Positions 17,250 through 24,736 of a stretch of DNA of 64,000 nucleotides are shown in pieces. Location: positions 11,972 through 75,971 of the forward strand of contig CAZIBP010000001.1 of assembly GCA_964537665.1 (NCBI GenBank). The letters are read 5' to 3'. The position numbers were made by a program, and so were the translations under genes. The notes under the pieces are model-generated. The model was not told the origin of the DNA and did not search any database. It worked only from the letters and a program-made list of their open reading frames with translations. The first letter of the stretch is position 1, and each line of letters opens with the position of its first letter. The DNA is from an uncultured Pseudomonadales bacterium. Its GTDB lineage: Bacteria; Patescibacteriota; Microgenomatia; UBA1400; PJMF01.

Positions 17250-18065
17250 ATGAGCACCATCTCTTCTCATCAACTTAAAAGCTCACTGCAAAAACTTTAT
17301 TTACCAAAAACTAGCTCCCATAAAGGACAAAACGGTAAATTACTGATTATTGGTGGGAGCAAATTATTTCACGCAGCAAGCAAATGGAGTCTGGACATTG
17401 CCAGCAAAATAGTTGACATGGTCTTCTACTCTTCAGTGCCAAGTAATAATAAATTAATTAGAGAAGCTAAAGAAAATTTTTGGTCTGGAATAGTGATTGA
17501 ACGCAGACAAATTAAAAATTACATTGACGAAGCAGATACAATTCTGATTGGACCAGGAATGGACAGGTCGTTTTACACACAAAAACTGGTTAATAATTTG
17601 CTTAGAAAATATCCCAACAAAAAATGGGTTATCGATGCTGGAGCACTACAAATGCTTGACACTAAATTGCTTAACAAACAACATGTGATCACTCCTCATC
17701 ACCAAGAAATGGCCCTATTAGCTCAAAAAGATGAGTTGTTTGATGAAAACAATTATCAGGCAAATTGTTATTGTTTATTAAAAGGACCAACTGACAAGAT
17801 CTTTGCACCAAAACAAAAACAGGCTATTGAAGTTACTGGAGGTAACGCCGGATTAACTAAAGGAGGTACTGGTGATGTTTTGGCTGGACTATTAGCTGCT
17901 CTTTATTGCAAAAATGAAGCTCTAGACAGTTGTTTAGTTGCTAGTTTTGTCAATAAAAAAGCTGGAGAAGAACTTTATCAAAATCAGGGAATTTACTACA
18001 ACAGCAACGATTTGCTAAAAATGATCCCTCAAGTTCTGTGGAGATTACAAAACAATCAAATTTAA
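17250..18065 (+). CDS. ADP-dependent NAD(P)H-hydrate dehydratase (YjeF C-terminal / Nnr2-like carbohydrate-kinase fold)
   Basis: GKLLIIGGS...AASKWSLD... and GGNAGLTKGGTGDVLAGLLAAL match the YjeF_C signature. Confidence 0.7.
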   Translation: MSTISSHQLKSSLQKLYLPKTSSHKGQNGKLLIIGGSKLFHAASKWSLDIASKIVDMVFYSSVPSNNKLIREAKENFWSGIVIERRQIKNYIDEADTILIGPGMDRSFYTQKLVNNLLRKYPNKKWVIDAGALQMLDTKLLNKQHVITPHHQEMALLAQKDELFDENNYQANCYCLLKGPTDKIFAPKQKQAIEVTGGNAGLTKGGTGDVLAGLLAALYCKNEALDSCLVASFVNKKAGEELYQNQGIYYNSNDLLKMIPQVLWRLQNNQI

Positions 18066-19139
18066 ATTTGGAATTTGAACCTTCAGATCTGCTAAAACGT
18101 CAGCATCAGCTGTGGTTAAAATAGTTTGATAATTATCTAGCAAACCAAGCACCATATCCTTACTGTTCTCGTCCAACTCTGACAAAATATCGTCCAAAAG
18201 TAAAACTGGCTGATAACCTATTTTATCAGTCAAAAACTGTAATTCGGCTATTTTCAGCCACAACACTCCCAATCTTTGTTGACCCCTTGAACCATAAGCC
18301 AACAGGCTTAAATCGTTGATACCTTTTCGTTCTTCTGAAAATTTAAGCGAGAAATCATCCTTATGCGGACCAATTAGACTGTGACCCAATATAATTTCTT
18401 TGTCCAAATGTTCAAGTAATCTTTTTTGAGAAATCAAAGAAGGTTCATACAAAATATTTAGTTCAAATGGGAAAACAACTTCCCTAATAAAATGAATCAG
18501 CTTGGCCCGCTGTGCTTGTAAAATTTCACCAGTGCGAATTAGGTTGAGATTCCAGAAATTTAAAACCTCTCTATTTTCTTGACCTTCGCTCACTTTTTGC
18601 AACAAGCGATTTCTTCGTTTCAGGGTCTGCTCATATCTGCTCAAAGCCACTCTGTATTCATCAGAAACCATTGATAATGCTCCGTCTAGAAAACTACGAC
18701 GACGAGCTGGAGAACCTTCCACCAACCGCAAATCCTCTGGTCTAAAAACTACTGCCTTAAAAAACTCTAAAAAATCTTTTTTTCTACGTCTAATATCATT
18801 GACAGAAAATAAGCGATATTGAGTTCTTTTGCCTTGAACCACCCCTCTGGTCAACATTGCTTCTAGTTTTAACTCTTCGTTGCTTTCGTCATCCTTTACG
18901 TCTATGGAGTTATCTAAATCAATTAGGCCTTGAACTCGCCCTAAATCTGCTTCCAAACGAATCATTTCTTCAACTTTACCTGCTCTAAAACTATCCGCAC
19001 TTGCCAACAGATAGATCGCTTCAATGATTGATGTTTTGCCAATTCCATTAGCACCAAAAATCAAATTAGTCTTAGTAAAATTAAAGCTTGTTAAAGTAAA
19101 ATTACGAAAATTTTGGAGAGCTAGAGATTTAATCAACAT
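18045..19139 (-). CDS. recF: DNA replication and repair protein RecF
   Basis: N-terminus MLIKSLALQNFRNF...FGANGIGKTSIIEAIY (Walker A) and C-terminal LLLDDILSELD signature. 364 aa. Confidence 0.85.
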   Translation of the reverse strand: MLIKSLALQNFRNFTLTSFNFTKTNLIFGANGIGKTSIIEAIYLLASADSFRAGKVEEMIRLEADLGRVQGLIDLDNSIDVKDDESNEELKLEAMLTRGVVQGKRTQYRLFSVNDIRRRKKDFLEFFKAVVFRPEDLRLVEGSPARRRSFLDGALSMVSDEYRVALSRYEQTLKRRNRLLQKVSEGQENREVLNFWNLNLIRTGEILQAQRAKLIHFIREVVFPFELNILYEPSLISQKRLLEHLDKEIILGHSLIGPHKDDFSLKFSEERKGINDLSLLAYGSRGQQRLGVLWLKIAELQFLTDKIGYQPVLLLDDILSELDENSKDMVLGLLDNYQTILTTADADVLADLKVQIPNLNLIVL

Positions 19140-19142
19140 AAG

Positions 19143-19478
19143 CTAAGACTGAAGCTTGCTAAAAGCTCTGTTAAAACGAAACCAAAGATAAAAAAGAACT
19201 AATTGCCAATAAAAGCAAAAAAACAAAACTGTTTGATAAAAAAATCTAAACCAAAAAACCAAGTTATAAATTGATGTTATTAAACTAATTTCAAGTAATA
19301 AATCAAATCCTAAAACAATTAAGATCGGATAAAATATAAAAGGTAATAAAACTTTATTTTTAACCAAAAGTTGCATGCTGCGATACGGATGTAATAAAAG
19401 ACCAAGTAAAAGCTGACCGCTAGAATAAATTAGCGATTCCAAAATCAATAAAAATTTGTTTTGTTTGTTACCAAACAT
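19143..19478 (-). CDS. Hypothetical small membrane protein
   Basis: 111-aa ORF with 3 hydrophobic segments. Downstream of the sigma/anti-sigma-like pair. Confidence 0.3.
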   Translation of the reverse strand: MFGNKQNKFLLILESLIYSSGQLLLGLLLHPYRSMQLLVKNKVLLPFIFYPILIVLGFDLLLEISLITSIYNLVFWFRFFYQTVLFFCFYWQLVLFYLWFRFNRAFSKLQS

Positions 19479-19665
19479 AGTTAATAAGATTCATGATTAA
19501 AGCGGACAAAATAGCTAAAATTAAGAGGGACTGCCAAAGATGATTAGCCACAAAGTTAGCTAAATCGCTCAACTGATCTGGAACAAATTTGTCTTGTACC
19601 AAAAAGCTTTGTTCTTTGGCGGTATTTTTTAATAGCTTTAAAAAATTATCATCAATCATTTTCAC
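19468..19665 (-). CDS. Small C-terminally membrane-anchored protein, candidate anti-sigma factor
   Basis: 65 aa, overlaps the sigma factor stop. Soluble N-terminus plus C-terminal TM (LLILAILSALIMNLINYVW). Assignment is by position only. Confidence 0.3.
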   Translation of the reverse strand: MKMIDDNFLKLLKNTAKEQSFLVQDKFVPDQLSDLANFVANHLWQSLLILAILSALIMNLINYVW

Positions 19666-20218
19666 ATTCTAGTTTGAGCCATAAAGCCTTAAATTCTTTC
19701 CTGGCGCGAAACAGATCTGATTCAACTGATTTAATTGTTACATTCATTTCCAAAGCAATATCTTTGACTTTTTGGCAATCAACATATTTTTTAAGCAATA
19801 GCTCGCGATTTTTTTTGACCATTCTTTTTAACACTAGCGTTACTAATTCTGCAGAAGAAGCTGCATCTTTGTAATTTTGCTCGAACAAAAAGTCACTAAG
19901 AGGAATGGTTTGAATAAACTTCTTGGCGTACTGTTTGCGATAGTAATCAGCCACTTCATGACGCATCACGCTTTGCATCCAGGTCAATAAAGAAGATTTC
20001 CCCTTAAATAGATTTAATGTTTGTAAACAACTAATAAAAGTTTCCTGGACAATTTCAGCAGCAACACTCTGATTGGGTACTTTACTTAGAGCAATTTTTC
20101 TAAGTTGTGGGCGATACTTTTTAAACCAATATTCAACTGCCAACTCGTTGCCATTTTTCAGAGCTTCAATGAGCACTTCTTCCTGATTGAAACCAACAAA
20201 ACGAGTTAAATCTTGCAT
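19652..20218 (-). CDS. RNA polymerase sigma factor, sigma-70 ECF-type
   Basis: 188 aa. Region-2-like segment (...YRPQLRKIALSKV...ETFISCLQ) and region-4 HTH (VKDIALEMNVTIKSVESDLFRARKEFK). Confidence 0.7.
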   Translation of the reverse strand: MQDLTRFVGFNQEEVLIEALKNGNELAVEYWFKKYRPQLRKIALSKVPNQSVAAEIVQETFISCLQTLNLFKGKSSLLTWMQSVMRHEVADYYRKQYAKKFIQTIPLSDFLFEQNYKDAASSAELVTLVLKRMVKKNRELLLKKYVDCQKVKDIALEMNVTIKSVESDLFRARKEFKALWLKLECEND

Positions 20219-20301
20219 ATTATCTACATTGCTATTTTACACCAGATAACCATTTTAAAAACACTGCGGCTTTTATTTCGATATGAGTCTAGTTATAATA
20301 A

Positions 20302-20760
20302 TTGAAGATGAAACGTATTTTTTTCTTAGTTAGTCTTGTGTTATTTTTGCTTAGTTTAGGTTCTTCTATCCTAAGAACTGGTCAAGTTTATGCAGTAGAT
20401 GATGAAGGCGAAGGTGGTGGAAACGGAGGAGGCGGAGTGGAACTACAAAACCTAGAAACTGTAGGTATTCCCATCGGCAACAAATTGGTTCTAAAAAATG
20501 GCTCAGCAGTACAAGATGTTTTTAACAGCACTGATGATATGGTTAATTTAATCGTTAAAGTGCTTTTCGTCGGAGCAGGCTTTGTGTTATTTTTTATGAT
20601 TGTGGGAGCTGGTTTTGCTATGATTAAAGGAAGTGGAGACGACAAAAATAAGGCCAAAACCACCATGACTTCTGCTTTGGTTGGTTTTGTAATTATGTTT
20701 TCTGCTTATTGGATCGTGCAAATTATCCAGTTAATTACCGGTATTAATATGAATTTTTAA
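20302..20760 (+). CDS. TrbC/VirB2-like pilin paralog 1 (signal peptide, Gly-rich segment, TM-loop-TM core)
   Basis: Signal peptide, GEGGGNGGGG, and core FAMIKGSGDDKNKAKTTMTSALVGFVIMFSAYWIVQII matching the consensus shared by all seven paralogs. Confidence 0.6.
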   Translation: MKMKRIFFLVSLVLFLLSLGSSILRTGQVYAVDDEGEGGGNGGGGVELQNLETVGIPIGNKLVLKNGSAVQDVFNSTDDMVNLIVKVLFVGAGFVLFFMIVGAGFAMIKGSGDDKNKAKTTMTSALVGFVIMFSAYWIVQIIQLITGINMNF

Positions 20761-20805
20761 ACAAATGCACAAAATAGTTTATAATCAAAGATAGAAAAGA
20801 CAGAA

Positions 20806-21234
20806 ATGAAAAGAATTATCTTTAGCCTAATTTTTACCGTCTCCATGCTACTGCTTAACAATCAACTAGCAACGGCTCAAAGTGTCTTTGGCCCAATTGA
20901 AGCTCCAGCTGGAGTAGCTGAATTTAATAGCAAAGCTGGTGCAGGAGCCAATAACATCGGACTTTTAATCTTTGTTTCCAACATGATTAAAGTTATCACA
21001 ATTGTAGCCGGCATTTGGGTGCTATTTAATTTTGTTATTGCTGGCTTCACTTACATCACCGCCAATGGTGATAGCAGCGCTTACGCCAAGATTGGTGAAA
21101 AATTATCATTTAGTGTTTCTGGTTTGGTTTTGATTGTTGCTTCCTACACGATTGCCGGAATTATTAGTTTAATCGTTTTTGGCGATGCCACTTTCATTAT
21201 TAATCCAGATATACCAACAGCAATAGGACCATAA
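20806..21234 (+). CDS. TrbC/VirB2-like pilin paralog 2
   Basis: Signal peptide plus core FTYITANGDSSAYAKIGEKLSFSVSGLVLIVASYTIAG. Confidence 0.55.
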   Translation: MKRIIFSLIFTVSMLLLNNQLATAQSVFGPIEAPAGVAEFNSKAGAGANNIGLLIFVSNMIKVITIVAGIWVLFNFVIAGFTYITANGDSSAYAKIGEKLSFSVSGLVLIVASYTIAGIISLIVFGDATFIINPDIPTAIGP

Positions 21235-21235
21235 T

Positions 21236-21589
21236 ATGGCAGGAATTGGATCAATTGAACCGATTACAGAAGCAAGAGCACCAGAGTCGCTGGATGAAGT
21301 TGGTTTGACCACATCTCTGGAAACTTATGTTAGTGACATTATTGGCTTGATCACCGCACTTGCAGCTCTATTCTTTATTGTTTATTCATTCCTGGCAGCT
21401 TTTGAATGGGTCACTGCAGGTGGCGATAGTGGCAAAGTGGAAAAAGCCAAAAACAGATTTATTTGGGGTACTCTAGGATTAATCTTAATTGTAGCTAGTT
21501 ACTCAATTATTGGCTTAATTGGCAGCTTGGTAGGTATTCCTATTTTGAGTCCAGGCGAGCTAATTAAAACTCTAAACCCAGCAAATTAA
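21236..21589 (+). CDS. TrbC/VirB2-like pilin paralog 3
   Basis: Core FEWVTAGGDSGKVEKAKNRFIWGTLGLILIVASYSIIG. 2-nt spacing from the previous gene. Confidence 0.6.
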   Translation: MAGIGSIEPITEARAPESLDEVGLTTSLETYVSDIIGLITALAALFFIVYSFLAAFEWVTAGGDSGKVEKAKNRFIWGTLGLILIVASYSIIGLIGSLVGIPILSPGELIKTLNPAN

Positions 21590-21591
21590 TT

Positions 21592-22095
21592 ATGAAACTC
21601 AAATTAAACAAGCAAATCGTTTTAACTACCTTAGCTTCTCTGGTGATTTTCCTAACTTTAGCTGCCAATTCACAAGCCGCCATCACCAATCCAGTCATTG
21701 GTGATTTAGGTACTAGTGAGGGTGTGGAAGATGGCAGCAAATTTGTTAGTTATGCTGTTTACCTGTGGAAAGTAAGTATCAATTTGGGTGCATTGGCGGT
21801 AATTGCTTTTTTTCTGTGGGGAGCATTTGAATGGATTACTGCTGGATCAGATAGTAAAAAAACAGAAACTGCTCGCAGCAGAATGACCAACGCCGTAATT
21901 GGCTTAATTATTTTGGTTTCCTCATTTACTATCTTGAGTTTTGTTAGCAAAATTTTCTTCGGTGAAAATTTTGATTTGCTAAAATTAACTTTTCCCACCC
22001 AACTTGAGGAAGGAAGCTCTAGTTTAAACTCCAGTTTAAATACCAATGGAACTAATGCGACACCAACTACTCCAGCCTTAGGAACTAATCCTTAA
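21592..22095 (+). CDS. TrbC/VirB2-like pilin paralog 4 (with C-terminal Ser/Thr/Asn-rich tail)
   Basis: Core FEWITAGSDSKKTETARSRMTNAVIGLIILVSSFTI. Confidence 0.6.
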   Translation: MKLKLNKQIVLTTLASLVIFLTLAANSQAAITNPVIGDLGTSEGVEDGSKFVSYAVYLWKVSINLGALAVIAFFLWGAFEWITAGSDSKKTETARSRMTNAVIGLIILVSSFTILSFVSKIFFGENFDLLKLTFPTQLEEGSSSLNSSLNTNGTNATPTTPALGTNP

Positions 22096-22103
22096 TAAAT
22101 AAT

Positions 22104-22442
22104 ATGTCAAAACAACTCGCTATTACTTTAGATATTGCCGGAGAAGCCAACACTCAAGGCATACAAGGTGCTCAATATCATTCTAATAGCGATGGCGGCT
22201 TCGGAATTTTCTTTGGTAACATCATCAGTGCCGCCATGACCATTGCTGCTATTTTGGTTTTGGCTTTTTTGGTGCTAGGAGCAATTGAATGGATCACCTC
22301 TGCTGGAGATAAAAGCAAAATGGAGAGTGCTAGAAATAAAATTAGCAATGCCATCATTGGTCTAATCATCTTATCCGCCACTACAGCAGTTTTCTTGTTG
22401 TTGGAACAATTTTTAGGAATAGATGTTTTGACTTTTAATTAA
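22104..22442 (+). CDS. TrbC/VirB2-like pilin paralog 5
   Basis: Core IEWITSAGDKSKMESARNKISNAIIGLIILSATTAVF. Confidence 0.6.
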   Translation: MSKQLAITLDIAGEANTQGIQGAQYHSNSDGGFGIFFGNIISAAMTIAAILVLAFLVLGAIEWITSAGDKSKMESARNKISNAIIGLIILSATTAVFLLLEQFLGIDVLTFN

Positions 22443-22486
22443 AATTTGACTAAACTTGATATAATATATAAATAAGGAGTTATCAT

Positions 22487-22891
22487 ATGAAATCATTGAA
22501 GAAATTTGTCTTAGCTAGCGGAACCGCTCTAAGTGGCTTAGTTGCCAGCGCAAGTTCTGTCTTAGCAGCAGTAAATATCGAGAGAATTGATACTGGTAAA
22601 GGCTATGCCACTAATTTTGGTACTATGTTTAGTTCTATGCTAAACGTGGTGATGTTAATCGCTGCTCTCTTAGTCTTTGCTTACATGATTTGGGGCGGCA
22701 TCGAATGGATCACTTCAGGTGGAGATAAAAGTAAAGCAGAAAGTGCTAGAAACAAACTCACTGCTGCTATTATTGGTTTGGTAATTATTGCTGCTTCATA
22801 CGCCGTAGTGACACTAATCGTTCAATTCTTGGGCTTTAGTGACTTCAATGACGTCTTTACTAATGTCGGAGATATCAATAATCCTCGATAA
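22487..22891 (+). CDS. TrbC/VirB2-like pilin paralog 6
   Basis: Signal peptide plus core IEWITSGGDKSKAESARNKLTAAIIGLVIIAASYAVV. Confidence 0.6.
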   Translation: MKSLKKFVLASGTALSGLVASASSVLAAVNIERIDTGKGYATNFGTMFSSMLNVVMLIAALLVFAYMIWGGIEWITSGGDKSKAESARNKLTAAIIGLVIIAASYAVVTLIVQFLGFSDFNDVFTNVGDINNPR

Positions 22892-22910
22892 TTTTTTTAC
22901 AACTTTTAAA

Positions 22911-22937
22911 AACCCGCTTGAAAAGGCGGGTTTTTTT
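22911..22937 (+). terminator. Rho-independent terminator after pilin paralog 6
   Basis: aacccgc-ttgaaaag-gcgggtt hairpin followed by ttttttt. Confidence 0.6.
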
Positions 22938-23030
22938 GCGCCCGGAATTTATTGATGGTGGGTCCGAAGTGGAAACGAAGGACGAGATGGTTTTGATTTT
23001 GAGGTAAAAAGGTTATAATCTAGAAAACAA

Positions 23031-23393
23031 ATGCAAATCATCAAGCAAGCTTACGCACAAACTCAAGAGTGGACAAGTATTAGTCCTGGCTGCGTTAATG
23101 CTGAAGTCGCCACTATACAAGGTTTTGGTTGTCTTTTAGCCAATGTTTTATCGGTGGCGCTAACCCTACTTGGAATTGTGGGTTTTGTGATGATTATTTA
23201 TGCCGCCTTTAACATGATGGTGATGGGTGGCAACAGCCAAGCTACTGAAAAATCAAAAAACACCATCACCTTTGCCGTAATTGGCATTATCCTCGCTCTT
23301 TCTTCTTTCATCATTATCAATCTAATTGCAGATTTCACCGGCGTAAGTACCATTAAAGACTTTTCTATTCCGGGATCAGGTAAAAATTGGTAA
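23031..23393 (+). CDS. TrbC/VirB2-like pilin paralog 7 (more divergent)
   Basis: Core MMVMGGNSQATEKSKNTITFAVIGIILALSSFIIIN. Own promoter-like aggttataat upstream. Confidence 0.5.
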   Translation: MQIIKQAYAQTQEWTSISPGCVNAEVATIQGFGCLLANVLSVALTLLGIVGFVMIIYAAFNMMVMGGNSQATEKSKNTITFAVIGIILALSSFIIINLIADFTGVSTIKDFSIPGSGKNW

Positions 23394-23402
23394 GATAAAA
23401 AA

Positions 23403-24080
23403 TTATTTACCAAACCTTCTCTGTCTACTTGCATAATCTTCCAAAGCTTTATTAAATTCAGCTTCATCAAAATCAGGCATCAAAACATCGGTGAAATATA
23501 ATTCAGAGTAAACTGACTGCCAAGTGAGAAAACCAGATAGGCGCTTTTCTCCACCCGGTCTAATCAATAAGTCTGGATCTGGCAGATCAACCAACTTCTT
23601 AGTATCTAAGAATTTTTCAAAGTTAGCTCCACCCTGCCTAACAGCCCGAATCAATTCATCTCGCCCACCATAATTTAGGGCAAAAGTAACAGTTAATTCT
23701 TGATTTTTCTCTGTTTCATTGAGCCAAAAATTCACCCCATCTTGGATGTCTTTTGGGAAACGACTTAAATTACCAATGATTGCCACCCTGACACCTTTTT
23801 TGTGAAGTCTCTCTGCGCTAGTAGCGAAAGTTTCTCTAAAAAGATCCATAATTCCAGAGACTTCTTCTTCTGGTCTTTGCCAATTTTCCGTACTAAAAGC
23901 CCACAAGGTTAAATATTTTATACCCTTTAAAATACAGAAGTCTGCCAAGCGCTCAATCATTTCTTCTGCCACTTTGCGATGACCCTTAATAATTGCTAAA
24001 CCATTTCGTCTGGCCCAACGACGATTACCATCCATGATGATGGCAACATGTGTTGGAATTGTGTTCTGAGTTTTTGCCAT
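23403..24080 (-). CDS. uppS: Undecaprenyl diphosphate synthase (isoprenyl transferase)
   Basis: HVAIIMDGNRRWARRNGL and ...ERLHKKGVRVAIIGN... are canonical for cis-prenyltransferase. 225 aa. Confidence 0.9.
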   Translation of the reverse strand: MAKTQNTIPTHVAIIMDGNRRWARRNGLAIIKGHRKVAEEMIERLADFCILKGIKYLTLWAFSTENWQRPEEEVSGIMDLFRETFATSAERLHKKGVRVAIIGNLSRFPKDIQDGVNFWLNETEKNQELTVTFALNYGGRDELIRAVRQGGANFEKFLDTKKLVDLPDPDLLIRPGGEKRLSGFLTWQSVYSELYFTDVLMPDFDEAEFNKALEDYASRQRRFGK

Positions 24081-24089
24081 TTTTTACCA

Positions 24090-24662
24090 TTAATTTAATA
24101 ATAATTGGTCAATTTTCTTGACAATCTCCACGTTGTCTAGAAACAAATTAAACCATGTAGTAAGCTTACGTTCTCCCACTTTTTTGTCCTTAACCATCAT
24201 CCAATCTAGCCAAACAAAATTTAAAACCTCTTGTGGATTGGGGGTTATTTTTAATTGTAAAAATTGCTTTTCGTCTAAAACAGTCACAAATAGATGATCA
24301 ATCTCATTTTCTGAGAAACCATCACCGCAAGCTACTTGATAATCAAAAACCATAATCTTATCTAATGACCAGTTATCTAACCAGTTAATTCCCAATTCTT
24401 CAAAGAGACGTCTTTTCAGACAAGATTGATGATTTTCACCTGGAACAAGGTTGGCACATAAGGTATTAGCCCATTGTAAACTGCCCACAATTTTTTCACG
24501 ACTTCGTTGTTGTAATAAAATTTCAAAAGCACCGTCACTTTTTTGGTGAAACAAAAATAAAGACACAGCCTGGTGTTTTTGGCCATTGCCGCGATGAGCA
24601 GTTAGAAGATCAGTTTGGCCAATTATCTCGTCTTGATCATTAACTAAGTTTACTTGTCGCAT
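24090..24662 (-). CDS. idi: Isopentenyl-diphosphate delta-isomerase, type 1 (Nudix-like)
   Basis: HQAVSLFLF, LLQQRSREKIVGSLQWANTLC, RRLFEELGI match IDI-1 signature blocks (HRAFSVFLFN / QRS..K..PG.W.N.C / RRL.EELGI). Confidence 0.7.
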   Translation of the reverse strand: MRQVNLVNDQDEIIGQTDLLTAHRGNGQKHQAVSLFLFHQKSDGAFEILLQQRSREKIVGSLQWANTLCANLVPGENHQSCLKRRLFEELGINWLDNWSLDKIMVFDYQVACGDGFSENEIDHLFVTVLDEKQFLQLKITPNPQEVLNFVWLDWMMVKDKKVGERKLTTWFNLFLDNVEIVKKIDQLLLN

Positions 24663-24736
24663 ATTTAGGAAGCTATTCTACTATGAGTCTATGGCTAATG
24701 TTATAATTAATCTCATCTACAAGGCAAAAAATAAAA

